From Dipteris shenzhenensis (lineage: Eukaryota), in assembly GCA_047967505.1 (NCBI GenBank), contig CM106538.1: a stretch of DNA of 64,000 nucleotides, one strand, 5' to 3'. The first letter of the stretch is position 1. Each line of letters starts with the position of its first letter. Position numbers and translations under genes: made by a program. The notes below the pieces were generated by a model that saw only the letters and a list, made by a program, of their open reading frames with translations, made no database searches and was not told the DNA's origin. Positions 14,030-26,490 of the stretch are shown here, piece after piece.

Positions 14030-14455
14030 TCACTCATCCTCAAAGGTGTCCTCATCGTAAATGGAGATCTTGGCCACGTCGGGCGGCAGACCCCTCCTCT
14101 TCCCTGCACGCTCCACCTTCCCCCTGCCCGCTTCCCATCTCTCCATCCTCTCAACAACCCTTGCCTGCATCCATTCATCCTTATCTAAGCCATTCCAATC
14201 AACTAGACCCTCCCATGCCACTCTAGCTGACACCATGGCCCTAGCTCGCGCTACATTATGGGCATTGTCATACCTCTTGCCTGTGTCCATTGAGCGCTTG
14301 ATGGAGCGATCCTGATGACGAACGATCAACAACGTGCCCTTCAAGAAGTTCACCCTTAGGTATAGGACCCCTCGGTAGTGGTGGCATGGGCTCCAAACAA
14401 TGATCCCTCTTCCTATGTGTATTGAATGGCCGCCTACCGCATACCTCTTTGCCAT
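14030..14455 (-). CDS. Open 141-aa ORF with a possible divergent AP2-like motif; probably TE-borne
   Basis: Uninterrupted ORF. HYRGV...KG...VR...KR...G.RYDNAHNVARAR loosely follows the AP2 pattern YRGV...G.FDTAEEAARAY. Confidence 0.3.
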   Translation of the reverse strand: MAKRYAVGGHSIHIGRGIIVWSPCHHYRGVLYLRVNFLKGTLLIVRHQDRSIKRSMDTGKRYDNAHNVARARAMVSARVAWEGLVDWNGLDKDEWMQARVVERMERWEAGRGKVERAGKRRGLPPDVAKISIYDEDTFEDE

Positions 14456-15339
14456 TTAAACAACACCCCCTCATAATACACGTGCACCAATTATTGGATG
14501 TTACGTCATCGTGACGCACCTTGAATTCCTTTGTTTTAAGAAAGGCCTATACAAGCATACAAAGGACTGAATTAGTCCACAGCAACACGTCAAAATCTAT
14601 TGCTGCCAACACACAAGTAATATCAAGTCTCTACCTTTGGAGCATATTGCCGTGGGTGTTTTGCTTGCGCTACCTTGCAAGCACTTTGCCGTGGGCATTT
14701 TCTTTGTGCAAGAAACACGGAGAGTGGCTCATCGTCTCCTATGGCCTATTCTATAGGTCGCTTGGCCTTTGCTTGCGCTTTCTTAGGCACATGGGAGATT
14801 GAAATTGATTTTGTTATGGGGGAAGAGGCCATGACAACAAAGCAAGTATACACTCCATGAAGGAGCTCACATAGGTATAGGCACATAATAATAGAAATTA
14901 CACCTTGAATATTAATCAAATTATAACACACTCTCTAACAAAACCACCTCAATTATATCTATATACACACAAAGAATATATATGTATACAATGCATATGC
15001 GGCATATAAAAGCATATATCTATGTAAGCATATTAAAATGATGTATCTATATATATAAAGATTTATATACACAAATTTATAGACATAGATCTAAGATATA
15101 TAAATATCTATATACGCATAGGCATATTATTTAAGTGGATATGTATTTAAACATCCGTGTGTGTGTGTATGTTAATATAATCATTTGTACGTTAAGGGAA
15201 CAATATTTGCTACTTAGCCAAATGCTAATGACTTGTGACGGAAAGGCTTAGGGTATTATACATTGATCCCTACGTAGAGTGTATGGAACAAGGCTCAGGT
15301 GAGGTGCTGCAAATAGCCCATTTCTGTCAACAGTAATCC

Positions 15340-16157
15340 CACTATTGACGAGTGTAATCCCGCAAACTGCCGGTTGTGATCCCTGTTTCCGACAGTGGAT
15401 CATAGTGCAGAGTAGGCTCAACAAAAGACTTTGACGGATACACGTCACGCGGGACGTACACGTCTTGCATTTTGAGCACGCGAGAGCCTGCCGCTTCCTG
15501 TATGCTAGTATCGTAATTCGTCTTTGAGGCTTACAGTGGGAAGAAGACATCAAGCAGCATCATGTTTACAGAGAATGGTCGGTCCGCTAACTGATTTTGA
15601 AGCCAGGGATCTGCTCCAACTTGTTTAGCATGAGGGACAATCTTCGGGCGGCAAGGGCATCTTCTCCATCCGTTATCCAAGCTCCTGGGAACTCAGTCAA
15701 AAATTTTTCGGGCTGCTCCGCAGGATGTAGAGTGCAAGGTCACGGCGGAGAACATCGTGTACGTTACAACATAGACCTGGAAGCCTTTGTAGAAGTTTAG
15801 CTACATAATCGTCCTCCAGCTCTAACAACGAACAGCCTATGAGCTTCTCCCTATACCCGTATGCAACTAACGGATCCACAGATCCTCTTCTTGTTCCTTA
15901 CTCAGCCCAAGAAATCGTTCTTGAGCCCTTGTTTTCACCTGCCTTCCGCCTCCCTTTGTTTCCAGCAGATGTGTATGAGCCCTCGTTTCCGCCTGCCTTG
16001 CGCCTCCCTTCGTTTCCAGCAGATGTCCTCCAGCCGCTGCGCTTCCCTGCTACCGCTCTGCACAAGCTCTCAAGCTCATTCCGGAGCAGCCCGCTAACAA
16101 GGCTGGAGTGTGGCTAACAAGGCTGTAGGCGTGGAGCGCGTCCCGACTCCAAAGCAT
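15340..16157 (-). pseudogene. Possible mTERF-like pseudogene
   Basis: ATG at 16157. A 20-bp duplication frameshifts the N-terminus and a 54-bp duplication follows. Three repeat-like segments: LLQRLPGLCCNVHDVLRR, FLTEFPGAWITDGEDALAAR, LADRPFSVNMMLLDVFFP. CpG-rich. Confidence 0.35.
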
Positions 16158-16405
16158 CCTGCTAACTAGCAGCCCACTACAACGGCGAGCTATGAAACGG
16201 GAAGGGCGTCGCGTCCACTGCGGGGAGGATAGAGGAGACACAATGTACGATGCCAAATGATTGCAAGACCGGTTACCTCGAGAGGGAGGGTGTTTGTGAA
16301 TTGCGATGCCTCGTATGAACCGCCTCGTGCAGGTAGCTCCTCAGCTTCTATTTGACAACAACTCTGACGCAGCCAGAGTCGTCTGACAGCCAGCTGGGTT
16401 CATGG

Positions 16406-17275
16406 TCATGCATGCCATGAGGGGCATCGCATGCCATGAACTTGCCTGGGGGCTCCACGCTCGACGATGGCGTGCATGTAGGGCCCCGCGTGCCGTCGTG
16501 TGCAAAGGACAAATGAGAGCACCCTATATCTATCCTTAGGCTCTGGTCTCACACACGAGCTGGGAGTAATTTTTTGTAGTGCTTCTTGCAACAGCACCAC
16601 AATACTGATTATAGCCGCAATTGCTTTGATGGGACTTATGGAGAGCTTCTGTAGGGCAAGGCGTTCTATGACACCCACCAAGTAACCGCTTGCTTGAAAT
16701 GCAGCTATGACAGCTGCGAATTCGCTCTTGGTTTTTAAGAAATTTAGCTCGGTAACATGGGGCATGCACCCTAGCTTCTCCAGAGCATTCAACTGGGCAA
16801 CATAGCCTTACGGCCTCCACGTTCAAGGACAACCTGCCGTTGGTGTTGGCTATCCCCTCCCTCCGGCGTTGCTCGTCTTCAAAAAAACTCCACTTAGCAG
16901 ACGACCACTGAAGCGATTCTCTAATCATTTCTTCAGAGATCTATACCACTTTACCATTTCTGTGTTGATTAACACGTTCTAGCATACCTTCTGGCATGTC
17001 CACCCATACTGTACAAGCCATTAAAATCTTGAACTTTTCTTGTTTGTCCTTCGACTGTTTGATGACGCCTGAGAAGCTCCGAGTGGATATTACATTTGCC
17101 AAAATTCGTATTAGTCGATAGAAAGGAAAGCAGAGTCCACTATTAAGGACTCGTCCCACAAGTCGCGAGAAGATAGGGAAAGCCGGGCTGAATCCTCGAA
17201 ATGGACCAACATGAGTTTGCTTGCCATTTCGACCCTAGCAGTTGGATAAGCATAACAGAGAGTGTGATGTTACAC
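16406..17275 (-). pseudogene. Degenerate helical-protein coding remnant, possibly also mTERF-like
   Basis: Chained ORFs 16941-17159, 16536-16928 and 16406-16792 with segments ISEEMIRESLQW and RLSLNVEAVR..LNALEKLG. CpG-rich compared with the flanks. Confidence 0.25.
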
Positions 17276-18115
17276 ATAAATCCTTGTATCAGTCTTCTGC
17301 ATTTCCTCGTTTGCAAGGAACATATTCCCATGTTCATTTGCATAATGACTATGACTAGAATGTCTACCATGATGATTTCCTCTTCCTTGAAAATTCCCTC
17401 GATTGCTATTGGATTGACCACCTTGGTCGTACTACTTCTTGTGGCAATCTCTTTCATAGTGTCCAAACTTATGACAGTAGTTGCACTGGATGTTTGACAC
17501 GGTGGATGCATTCCCTCATCCTTGGAATCTTCCTCGATTGGAATGATTTCCTCTTTAGTGATCCTAATGTTGCTGAGGATGATGCTAATACTAATTCTGA
17601 CTCCTCTTTAGTGATCCTAATGTTGCTGATGATGACCACTTCATTGGAATGATCTGCCTCTGCCTCTGCCTCTGCTTCTATCTATTGTGAATGCTTGATC
17701 ATTGGAATGAGCTTTGCGTGTGTGAATGGCCTGAGTCTTGAGCTCTTCACCAAGTATAATTGACTGAAGTTCTTCTAGTTTTGGAATTTTCCGTTGGATG
17801 GTAATACTCTAGACTAGATTCTTGTATCCCTCTCCTAGTCCATTCAAGATGACTTGAACCATTTCTGCTGGACTCATAGTCTCTCCTACTGCTACAAGTT
17901 GATTGTTGTAATATTTAATCCTGAGTACGCAAGCATGACCGGTTTCATTGCTATTGCGAAAACTCTAGTTTATCTGGTTTCTCAATGTGAGAATCTTGGA
18001 AGTGTTCTTGGACTCGTAGAGAGCTGCGAACATATCCCATGCTTCTTTTGATGTCTTTACAGTGTTCAGTTGTCCTAGCATGACATCTTGCACATTCTGC
18101 TTGATTAGATGCCTT
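17276..18115 (-). mobile_element. Copia gag fragment (UBN2-like region plus CCHC knuckle)
   Basis: VKTSKEAWDMFAALYESKNTSKILTLR, RGRGRGR, CNYCHKFGHYERDC; breaks off just before the expected protease motif. Confidence 0.8.
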
Positions 18116-21100
18116 ACACTCTTACTGGGCTTTGCCTGATGATGTGCGTGATGAGGTTCCCTTTTCTCAGTATGTGAGTCTTAAGCGTGAGAATGCCCAA
18201 TATTTTGGTGGGTACAATAAGAACTATGCAGCCAAGGACGTGAAAGATAAAAAGGGGACACTCAAAAAACTACCCCAATACTTTGGTCTTGAAGACTCTT
18301 GGTGTGCTCCTATACGTGAGTTAGAAGACTCACTAAATTGGATGCATACACTAGCTGCATAGATTCACCAAATGCTTCAATTTATGCACCTTGACAATGA
18401 CAAACCTATCGCCATTACACCTTTTTACACCATAAGAGTGGTACTACCTAATCAAGTTGAACCTACAATTGATAATGTTATCGATCCTACCAAGATAGAT
18501 ATGTCTCCATCTCAACTTTGGGTAGAGCTAACATCAGCAGGTGCAACATGTTGAATACAGTAGGCCATGGCAAATTGGCTTTAGAACAAATTGCCAAGGC
18601 TGGGAATCCATAAGATACCATGTCATCTAGTGAAATCCATACAAAATGAAAAGGTAAAATCCCCATGGCCCCTTTCCAATCATTAAAACATAAATGAATG
18701 TATACTTCAAGTCATTTGCCCCAAGAGCATAATAAAATTTATAAATCTTAAGCCCCTCCTCATTATGATATACAAAAGGACCACCTATTGGAGCATTTTT
18801 ATTGGTCTTTGGTACGTTCTGCATTGAAGGTGCCATGTGATTACTACTTGCATACCCACACATTGACGAGGATGCACTCATAGTTGATGTGTCTCTAGGG
18901 CCAAGGATGGGAAATCGTGTCTCAGGCCGGGTTCAAGGTGCCATCTAGTTACTAACCTATGCACTATTTGACTCTCCTCCCCATATTTTCCCGTGTGGCC
19001 TTACTCGTTCATCAGACTCCAGAGCGCCATGTCCATGCTTGGTATCAGCTATACATGTTGTTGGTGCTTGCTTGAGGGAGGTGTTGCGGTGTATAAGGGG
19101 CCAACCCCTTCCCTTCCTCCTTTCTCCTCCCTTGCTCTTATTTCACACTAGATTTGGTGCCATGTGCATGGCTACGAGGGATTCTTGTGTGGGCAGTCTT
19201 TGAACAGACAGCTTATTTCTTGGCATGCAAGGTGCAAGGGGCCACCACCGTCTCTTCTCCTCCTACCTCATCGCTTTCTTTTCTTCCTTTGTTCTGCCTC
19301 GTCCTTGTAGCCTCTTTGCAGTCTTGTTTTCCTCCCCTCACATCATGTTCAGTGTCCCTTCGAGCAAGTGTCAGGTACCTTTTACCTCAAGCTAGTGCAT
19401 CTACTCCTAATTCCTTTGGTGGATCTAGTAGTCTCTTCCATCACCCCTATAGTTAATCTCTCCTATTTGCTAATGACTAGTCTATAGAGTCATGTATTTC
19501 CATGATTTTTTCGCTTATGCAAGAAAGCAACTTGCTTATTCATTAATGTGATCATCCTTACTATCATTGCTGGAATGATTTGGTGTGGGAATTTTGTGGC
19601 TTTGGAAAACTATTCGAATCAGTCACAACACGATTTCACCATCTCATTCAAGAGATAAAGTAGTAATCGCTAATAGTTAGGGGATTTATCTCGAACATTC
19701 AAGGGATTCTTTGTTTTCGGCTTCCTCATGAGACTATATTGATCAAACAATGGCTTTCATTGAAGTCGATCAACCTTAGCCCTTCTAAATGTTTAAGCTA
19801 ATCTGCTAAGATGTTTTGTGAGTAAATTCCCTATTAAGTAGCATTTTTAGTAATCGTATTGGAAGTTTTTTAGCTCACACTTCTACCAACGATAGAGTTA
19901 CAACATAGAATATGGATGAATTGTGCTCCAGACATTCGGAATGAATATGAAAACTATGATTTAAGTCTTAGATAAGCGCATTTACTAGTTTTTTGTTGCT
20001 TGATGGTGATCCATTATGTGAGTTTGGGTGTATGAATGCATGTTTCTATGAGTTTGGGTGTATGAATGCATGTTGCTATGAGTGCAAAACCTCATTATTA
20101 AACACAACTCTGTCTCAACATAGGTTAGTAAGGGGAAAAGAACAATCTGTTCTAGAGTTTGACAAAATCAAAGGAACATTTTGGAAGTGCAAAATTTCAT
20201 CATGCTCTATTGAAGACGTGCTCTAAGTTTTTGGGCCTTGAGAAGTGAAACAAGAATGCCATCAATCATAAATTGATTTTGGTGAGTCAGGAGGCTTCAA
20301 CCATTATGGCATACGCTAGGTGTAGCCTCGATCTATAATTTGACATAATCATTTATACATCTCTCTATATATAGAAGAAGTTTACATAAGCTAGTGACAT
20401 GGCAAGAGGATGGAGTTTCGAGGAGAGATAGGAGGTTTGGAGAGAGGAAACAGAGAGATTGGGAGCTCAATGGAGGTTTGGAGAGAAACAGAGATGCGGT
20501 GATGCCCATGCAAAGCAAAGGTACAATAGTAGTGCGAGTAAACTAGGCTACCTAAAGGGAAAGCTAAAATAAAGGAAAAAATCTACAATAAGTTGATTTC
20601 GGTGCTTTTCTTGTTTTCTATTTTTGGGCACAAGTTAAGATGGGAGTCATCAAGGAGATGTTGAATTTATGGCCAATATGGAGAAATCAGGGACTGAGAC
20701 TTGGATAACGACTAGCAATCACCATGTACTCATCAACAAAAGAGCAGTGGTGATTTTACCAACATTCAACGATGATTATGGCTATTGATATTCATGTAAT
20801 ATGCCAGTATCTTATCCATTCACGAGACTTATTCTCGGTGCTTATATTCTCAATGTTTATATTCTTGGCACCCAGGGAAGGGCTTGTTCTCTCGGATTAT
20901 AATTCTTTTGGGAAGGAATTGCACTGCCTCCCCACCCACACTATGTGTATAATAATTATATATTATACATTATCATATAAATATTTTCAATTGCTCGTCC
21001 ATTTAAAATTTCTTGTTTTCAATGTGAATTCTTACAACATTCCTCTCTTTCATGCATGTCTCGATGCGATGGAGGAAGGGAAGCCAAGCTTTATGCCAGA

Positions 21101-21674
21101 TTGAAGGATAACAACACCTTTATTCATATGGTTATAGTCCATGTACAGTATTGTATAAAGTGCAACAAGGATCAATTGTTGTTATGAGCTCTTGTAAGCG
21201 TCATCTTATTCATGTCTATGTTGGGCATAAACTTTCAAAATATGGACACTGCGAAATCAAAAATAAATGACCACCCCTGACATTTGTAGGGAGGATTGGG
21301 TCTGAGGCAATGAGAAAGCCGAGCCATCGAAAGCGAGCCAAGTACAAAGCCAAGCCATCGAAAGTGAGCCAAGTTATACAAGCACATAGATGTAAGTTCT
21401 GAAGTCTTTTCATTATTCTCACATTCTTGCTATTAATTGTACTTCCTGCCAAATTTATTAACTTCTTTGATTGTATAGTAGGATGAATGACTTAATAAAT
21501 TACATTATTGACTTCATTGTGCCATATCATGAACTTCAATGACATAACAAATTATTTGAGTAGCAAATACTACCATGAAGGAAAGCATTTGCATACAAGC
21601 AATAAAAGTTTGAATATTTCTAAACCTTTCTTACCTATTGCGATAAAAGCAAACAATCGAAGAAAGAAAACAAA

Positions 21675-24405
21675 CCATAAAATCCTCTCCATTCTCCATG
21701 AGATATCGATAAGGCACTCAGTCCCTCACGACTACATGCCATGAAACCTCCAAGCCCTGAACATGAATGTATCTCTCTAGACTATGTAATGCAAGGTCCT
21801 TCAAACAAAGATTGTGCCAACATGTTAGAAATACCCCTGAAATATCAAGCTTAAGCAAAATCTCATTCAATTGAGAGAGTGTGTTTAAAGTTCTTTTACC
21901 TACTACAAGAGGACATAAGAGAACCAACCATCCATCATCGCCGAGTGTAGAAGCTATTACACTAATACCATATCTAACATGGTCCTTTGTAACCTTATTC
22001 CATGTAGTAATCCCAACATGTCCCTCCATCAACAAACCCATAGGGAAGTCTAGCAGTATAAAGTCTGTAGCCCATTTTACTTTCCTACCCATCCTAGCAT
22101 AATCCTCCCCTTGCTAGCAAGTAAACTCTAAGAAAGAACTCATGTACCTTTGTGCAGAAATCATTCTTGCAAGAAAACTCCAAGAAAGAACTCATGTACC
22201 TTTGTGCAGAAATCATTCTTCTTGGTAGTAGAAAAATTTAATCCCATAGTAATGTAATCCCCTACCAGTGAACCAAACATAAAAATGTCTTCATGACCAT
22301 CCAAAGGTGATGGGGGGTGATATGAAAATGTGATGAAAATTTTCACCATTTTTGTTTAGATTTCTACCTGGAAGAGAAACCTCAATGACTGGTTCCTCAT
22401 CCCTAGTTTCATGAGGTGGAGTATCCACATCCTCTACTTCTATAAAATAGAGATTCCAATACTTTAGAATTGTAACTTCCATACATTTTTTCTACCAAGT
22501 AGGCTACAGACGATCTGAAAAGTCAATCTACCATGGGTAGTGACTAAGCTCCCACTGGTACAATCCATGCATGGTACTAGGGGACATGCAAGTGCTAGGG
22601 TTCTCTATCTCAAGCCATCCTTTGCATTGAGTAGGCATCTCAGTCAACCTGTTCTTCTTCAAAAGGTGCTTCAAGTACCTTCAATGTAGCAGAAGTTTAT
22701 TAATTACCAAATGGACAATATTTAGTTCTCTCTCAAAGAAAATACTTATAGATCATGCATAAGTATTTGAACACAACTCTTTGCATAGCCTGATTGATCT
22801 CTCTATAGCCCTCCTTGATGCATGTCTGTCTCCTCTCTTTGAACCTTTGATAAGGGTTTTGCTGTCACATGTCTTCAAAGAGGAGAATGTATGCTTCCTT
22901 CCCTCTAGCTTTAGGTATTGTTGGAGTTTATAATACGTAGGCAATACAAATGGATGGGTCATGACACTAAGGGCACACAAATCCTCAAGTGCCATGGTAG
23001 ATTGTTTCTCTATCTTCTCAAGGAAGATCTCCTTGGCAAGACACCTAAGATCATAAGAAATTGAGAGCCTTCTTTGGTGGCCCTTCCCGACAAAACATTA
23101 GGGGAGAAATGGGGTCTCAAAAGGGCTTTCATTACACAACAAGGCAAGAAATTGATTATAAAGAAACACCTTACCCTCTAAAGTTGTTGTCTCCTAAGGG
23201 CATGAAATACATATCCCTCATACTATTGTTTTCTTTAAGAAGAGACAATATCATTAGCTTCACAAATCTACAATGGATTCATGACCCTCATACCTCATAT
23301 TGAAGAACTTTGTCTTCCACACATCTCCCAGTTTGGGATCTAGACAATGAAGCACCCACAAAAAATTGAATGTAAGAAAATTTACAAAGTACAAGACTTA
23401 CCAAAAAATTAAAATTGCAAGTTCACATACCATTCCCATCCTGTCATAAAACTTCTTATGAATTCTCCCTCTTTCCTTGTGTTTTGCTTCTCCTCTGTTT
23501 TCCTGTAGTATTGTTTTTGCCACAATATCCAATGCTTGCTTCAACTTAAAGGTGTACTCCACCTTCAGCAAAAAAACAAAGCGTGAAGAATTTGCATGAA
23601 GATTAAGAAAAGTAATCATGATGTTTTGAATCAAATGAATTTTAAGTACGTAAAAAACAAGATGAGACAAAATCCGTTCTAATAAAGGAAACCATTTTTT
23701 CATCTCCTATGCAATGATGCATCCCTTGATCTGGACTTTTCAATCATTTGTTGTTGCTCCTTTGTCAAACTTTCATGAAGAATGTTAAATCCCACTTGCA
23801 AATGTTATTTGTATTGATAAGGGTATCCCGAATGCTTGGCTTACTTATTGCATGTTCATTCAATCTAAAATTCAAGAAGGAAGGAAAATATTTCACAAAT
23901 TCACTATCCACCTCCTTTCATACTTGTGACCATGTATTCACAACTGCACTTGTAACAGGACTCCCCTATCCATCACACTTGCACAAGGACACAATGAATG
24001 CCCCCTTCTCAGGCAAGTAACCCTCATACTTAAAAGCACTCTTTAGTGCAGATATGGTGCTTCTCAAACCCCTGGCCTGAGCATAAGGAATCAACCTACA
24101 AAGGGGGACCCTAGGACATTCATTAGATGCCCGTTGCACTTCTCAATCACACCTCCACCACTTACTATCTCCATGTCCATCTCAGCAAATTCATCCTCAT
24201 CTTCTTTTGCTTCAACTGAATGCCCAACTTTTGTGACTGAATGTTCCTCAAACACTTCTTTCTCCTCATTTACAAGGATATTAGGAGGTTGAAAACTTGA
24301 GCCTACAACAACTTGCTTCCCCCTTTCCTCACCATGAGGATGAACATCTAGATCCTTAGGATTAGGTCCTAGATTTAGAACCCTTTTTCTTGAACCCTTT
24401 GGCAT
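21675..24405 (-). pseudogene. Multi-exon gene: ParB/Srx-like N-terminal domain plus C-terminal N6A/N4C methyltransferase-like domain; degenerate
   Basis: ATG at 24405 after a TGTAG acceptor. VPLCRLIPYAQARGLRSTISALKSAFKYEGYLPEKGAFIVSL..DG..TWS..KEVDSEF at 23897-24109. Several GT-AG introns, including an in-frame 63-nt one at 21837-21899. DFILLDFPMG...TWN...LGDDGWLVLLCP resembles the D-PPY motif IV region of amino-MTases. Confidence 0.55.
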
Positions 24406-24932
24406 GTCTGCTACAACATGTGTGGAAAAAATGAACACAAATTTATAAGCAATGATTAATCATAGCATACTTAAACTAATGCAAGAACAAAAAAGGAAAG
24501 GAAATTACCATGAACCAAACATGAGTTGGGGGTAATGTAGAGGCCAAAAGCATGTACTTTTCATTCTTTTGGTCACAACACTACCCTCTCAATGAAGCTT
24601 CATATCAAGAAGTTTGCAACCTAGCCATTGCAACCTAGCCAACATGAATATAAGGCGTATAGGCATGCATAAACGTGTGAGTTGAGTGCAATGCATGAAC
24701 TTTCAGGAAGCTTTATGTCATACACTCCTTAGATGTTTTTGGCCTTAACATTGCCCTCTTAATGAAGCTTTTGGATTGCATATGCTTGCAGTTTCTTATG
24801 CATTCAATGCCATAAACATTTGCAAAGTACTCCAATGCCTTAAACAATTGCTTTTGGCATGCTCATGCTTTACATGTTTTTAAAGCCTGTAATGCCCGGA
24901 AGATAAACATAGTACCATACTAAGGATACCTT

Positions 24933-25024
24933 TTCATAGGCCAAAAGCATGCCTTCGCATGCTTTTGGGCTGCGTGTTAACACGTGGCCCAAAAGCATGC
25001 AAAGGCATGCTTTTTGCCTATGAA
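24933..25024. repeat. 92-bp near-perfect spacerless palindrome centred on GTTAAC
   Basis: TTCATAGGCCAAAAGCATGCCTTCGCATGCTTTTGGGCTGCGTGTT|AACACGTGGCCCAAAAGCATGCAAAGGCATGCTTTTTGCCTATGAA. Confidence 0.9.
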
Positions 25025-26022
25025 GTCATGCAAATTGAATTCCCAATCATGAACCAAAGATGCCCATTTTATTGCCCAAAAGCATGCTTTTAGTCCACGT
25101 GCTAACACACAATCCAAAGCATGCTTTTGGCCAATTATTAGACTTCCCAACATGCCTAGAAGACTGAGACATTGTAGCATACAAAGAAGACAATTTTACT
25201 GCCTTAGAAATTAAAGCAATGCAACAAGATTCATTCTCAGGCTCACTGGACATGTACTTTTCAAATGATTCATTAGATATACTATATTCAAATGATGAAG
25301 TATAGTAACATAGTAGACTCGGCTATTTGGGAATGTTATGAGTAAACAAAAGCATACTAAAGACCAACTATGAAACTGTGAGATGGTGAATCCTAGAGCA
25401 AAAATGTAAATAAGAAGGGGCTATGAGGTTAGTGCTCATGAAATGTAGAGCATTTGAAGCTCAATTGCAATGACATCACAACTGATAGCATGGATGTTTT
25501 TATCGAAACTATACTTATATATTAATATAAAATCATGGCGAAAGTTTATCGAGCTAGTTTTTCTAGTTTTATAATATTGATCGAACACAGTACAATTTTT
25601 TATAATTCTTTTGAATTTTGAAGAAAAAATTGTAAATCCTAGCAAAACTTGAAATTATGTCTCATAAAAGTTTCAAATCTTGGCGAATGTTTCACATCTT
25701 TATTTTTAATAGGGCATACAAAATTTCAACACCAATATAAAAGTTTTGCATGTTGCAGGAAAAAATCATCCAATCATGACTGATAGAAACAAAAGCAAAG
25801 CACATCTATAATTTAGAGGCATAAAATTCAGCAAATCTAAGAAGAGGCCTTTGCTATGACAATTGCATCTGATGAGATCATCTTGTGTGGCAACCACTAC
25901 TCAATGCTAAAATAGAGCCCCATTTGCATATTTCATCTGTGCTTTCCCATGGGCCACTTCTCAGAGTCGCCAGCACTTTGAGTGCATTTGGATCGCATGT
26001 TAACACGCGGTCCAAATGTTGT

Positions 26023-26143
26023 TTCTGCTGATTCTTCGTCTCTCTAGCAATGCCACCAAAAGAATGCACATTGAGTGCATTTGGACCGCGTGTTAGGTGG
26101 ATCCTTTTGGTGGCATTGCTAGAGAGAAGAAGAATCAGCAGAA
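26023..26143. repeat. Inverted repeat with 40-bp arms (1 mismatch) and a 41-nt loop
   Basis: 26023-26062 is the reverse complement of 26104-26143. Confidence 0.9.
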
Positions 26144-26253
26144 GCAGCATAGCCAAAAGATGAAAAAGAAGAAGAAGGAGCAGAAGACGAAGAAGAAGCA
26201 GCAACAGCGTTAGCAGTTAGCTGCCACCTCCTATTTGATTTCTTTACACTCTC

Positions 26254-26490
26254 ATGGAAGGTTCTGTGGAAGTCACTTATCCTCCTCCTGCATCAATCTT
26301 TGGCATAGTACCCAGTACCTCTTCCACAGCAGCATTGGCTTCCCCCATACTTGAGTTTCTCTTCTTTCACAAAGCTATTTGAGTGGAACTAGAGTGCCTC
26401 TACCAAGATGGTTTGGTTATGGAGAAAGGGGCCAAGAAGGAATTTCAAGCACATCAGAAGCGCTACAATTTCTTCCAAGTTGTATTCAAG
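26254..26490 (+). pseudogene. BTS: Captured 5' fragment of a BRUTUS/BTS-like hemerythrin E3 ligase gene
   Basis: SPILEFLFFHKAI*VELECLY...KRYNFFQVVFK matches the start of the first BTS hemerythrin domain (SPILIFLFFHKA..SEL...RYRFLRSIYK). The stop at 26380 is consistent with CGA>TGA. Confidence 0.75.

Noticed and set aside
15250-17275. Endogenous RNA-virus (amalgavirus/NIRV) sequence
   Set aside because: Only vague helical similarity and no RdRp motifs in the frames read. An mTERF-like reading fits better, though a search is needed.
18132-21104. Coding-looking fragments between the Copia gag and the 11-kb element
   Set aside because: Probably decayed TE pieces, but no diagnostic motif could be recognised.
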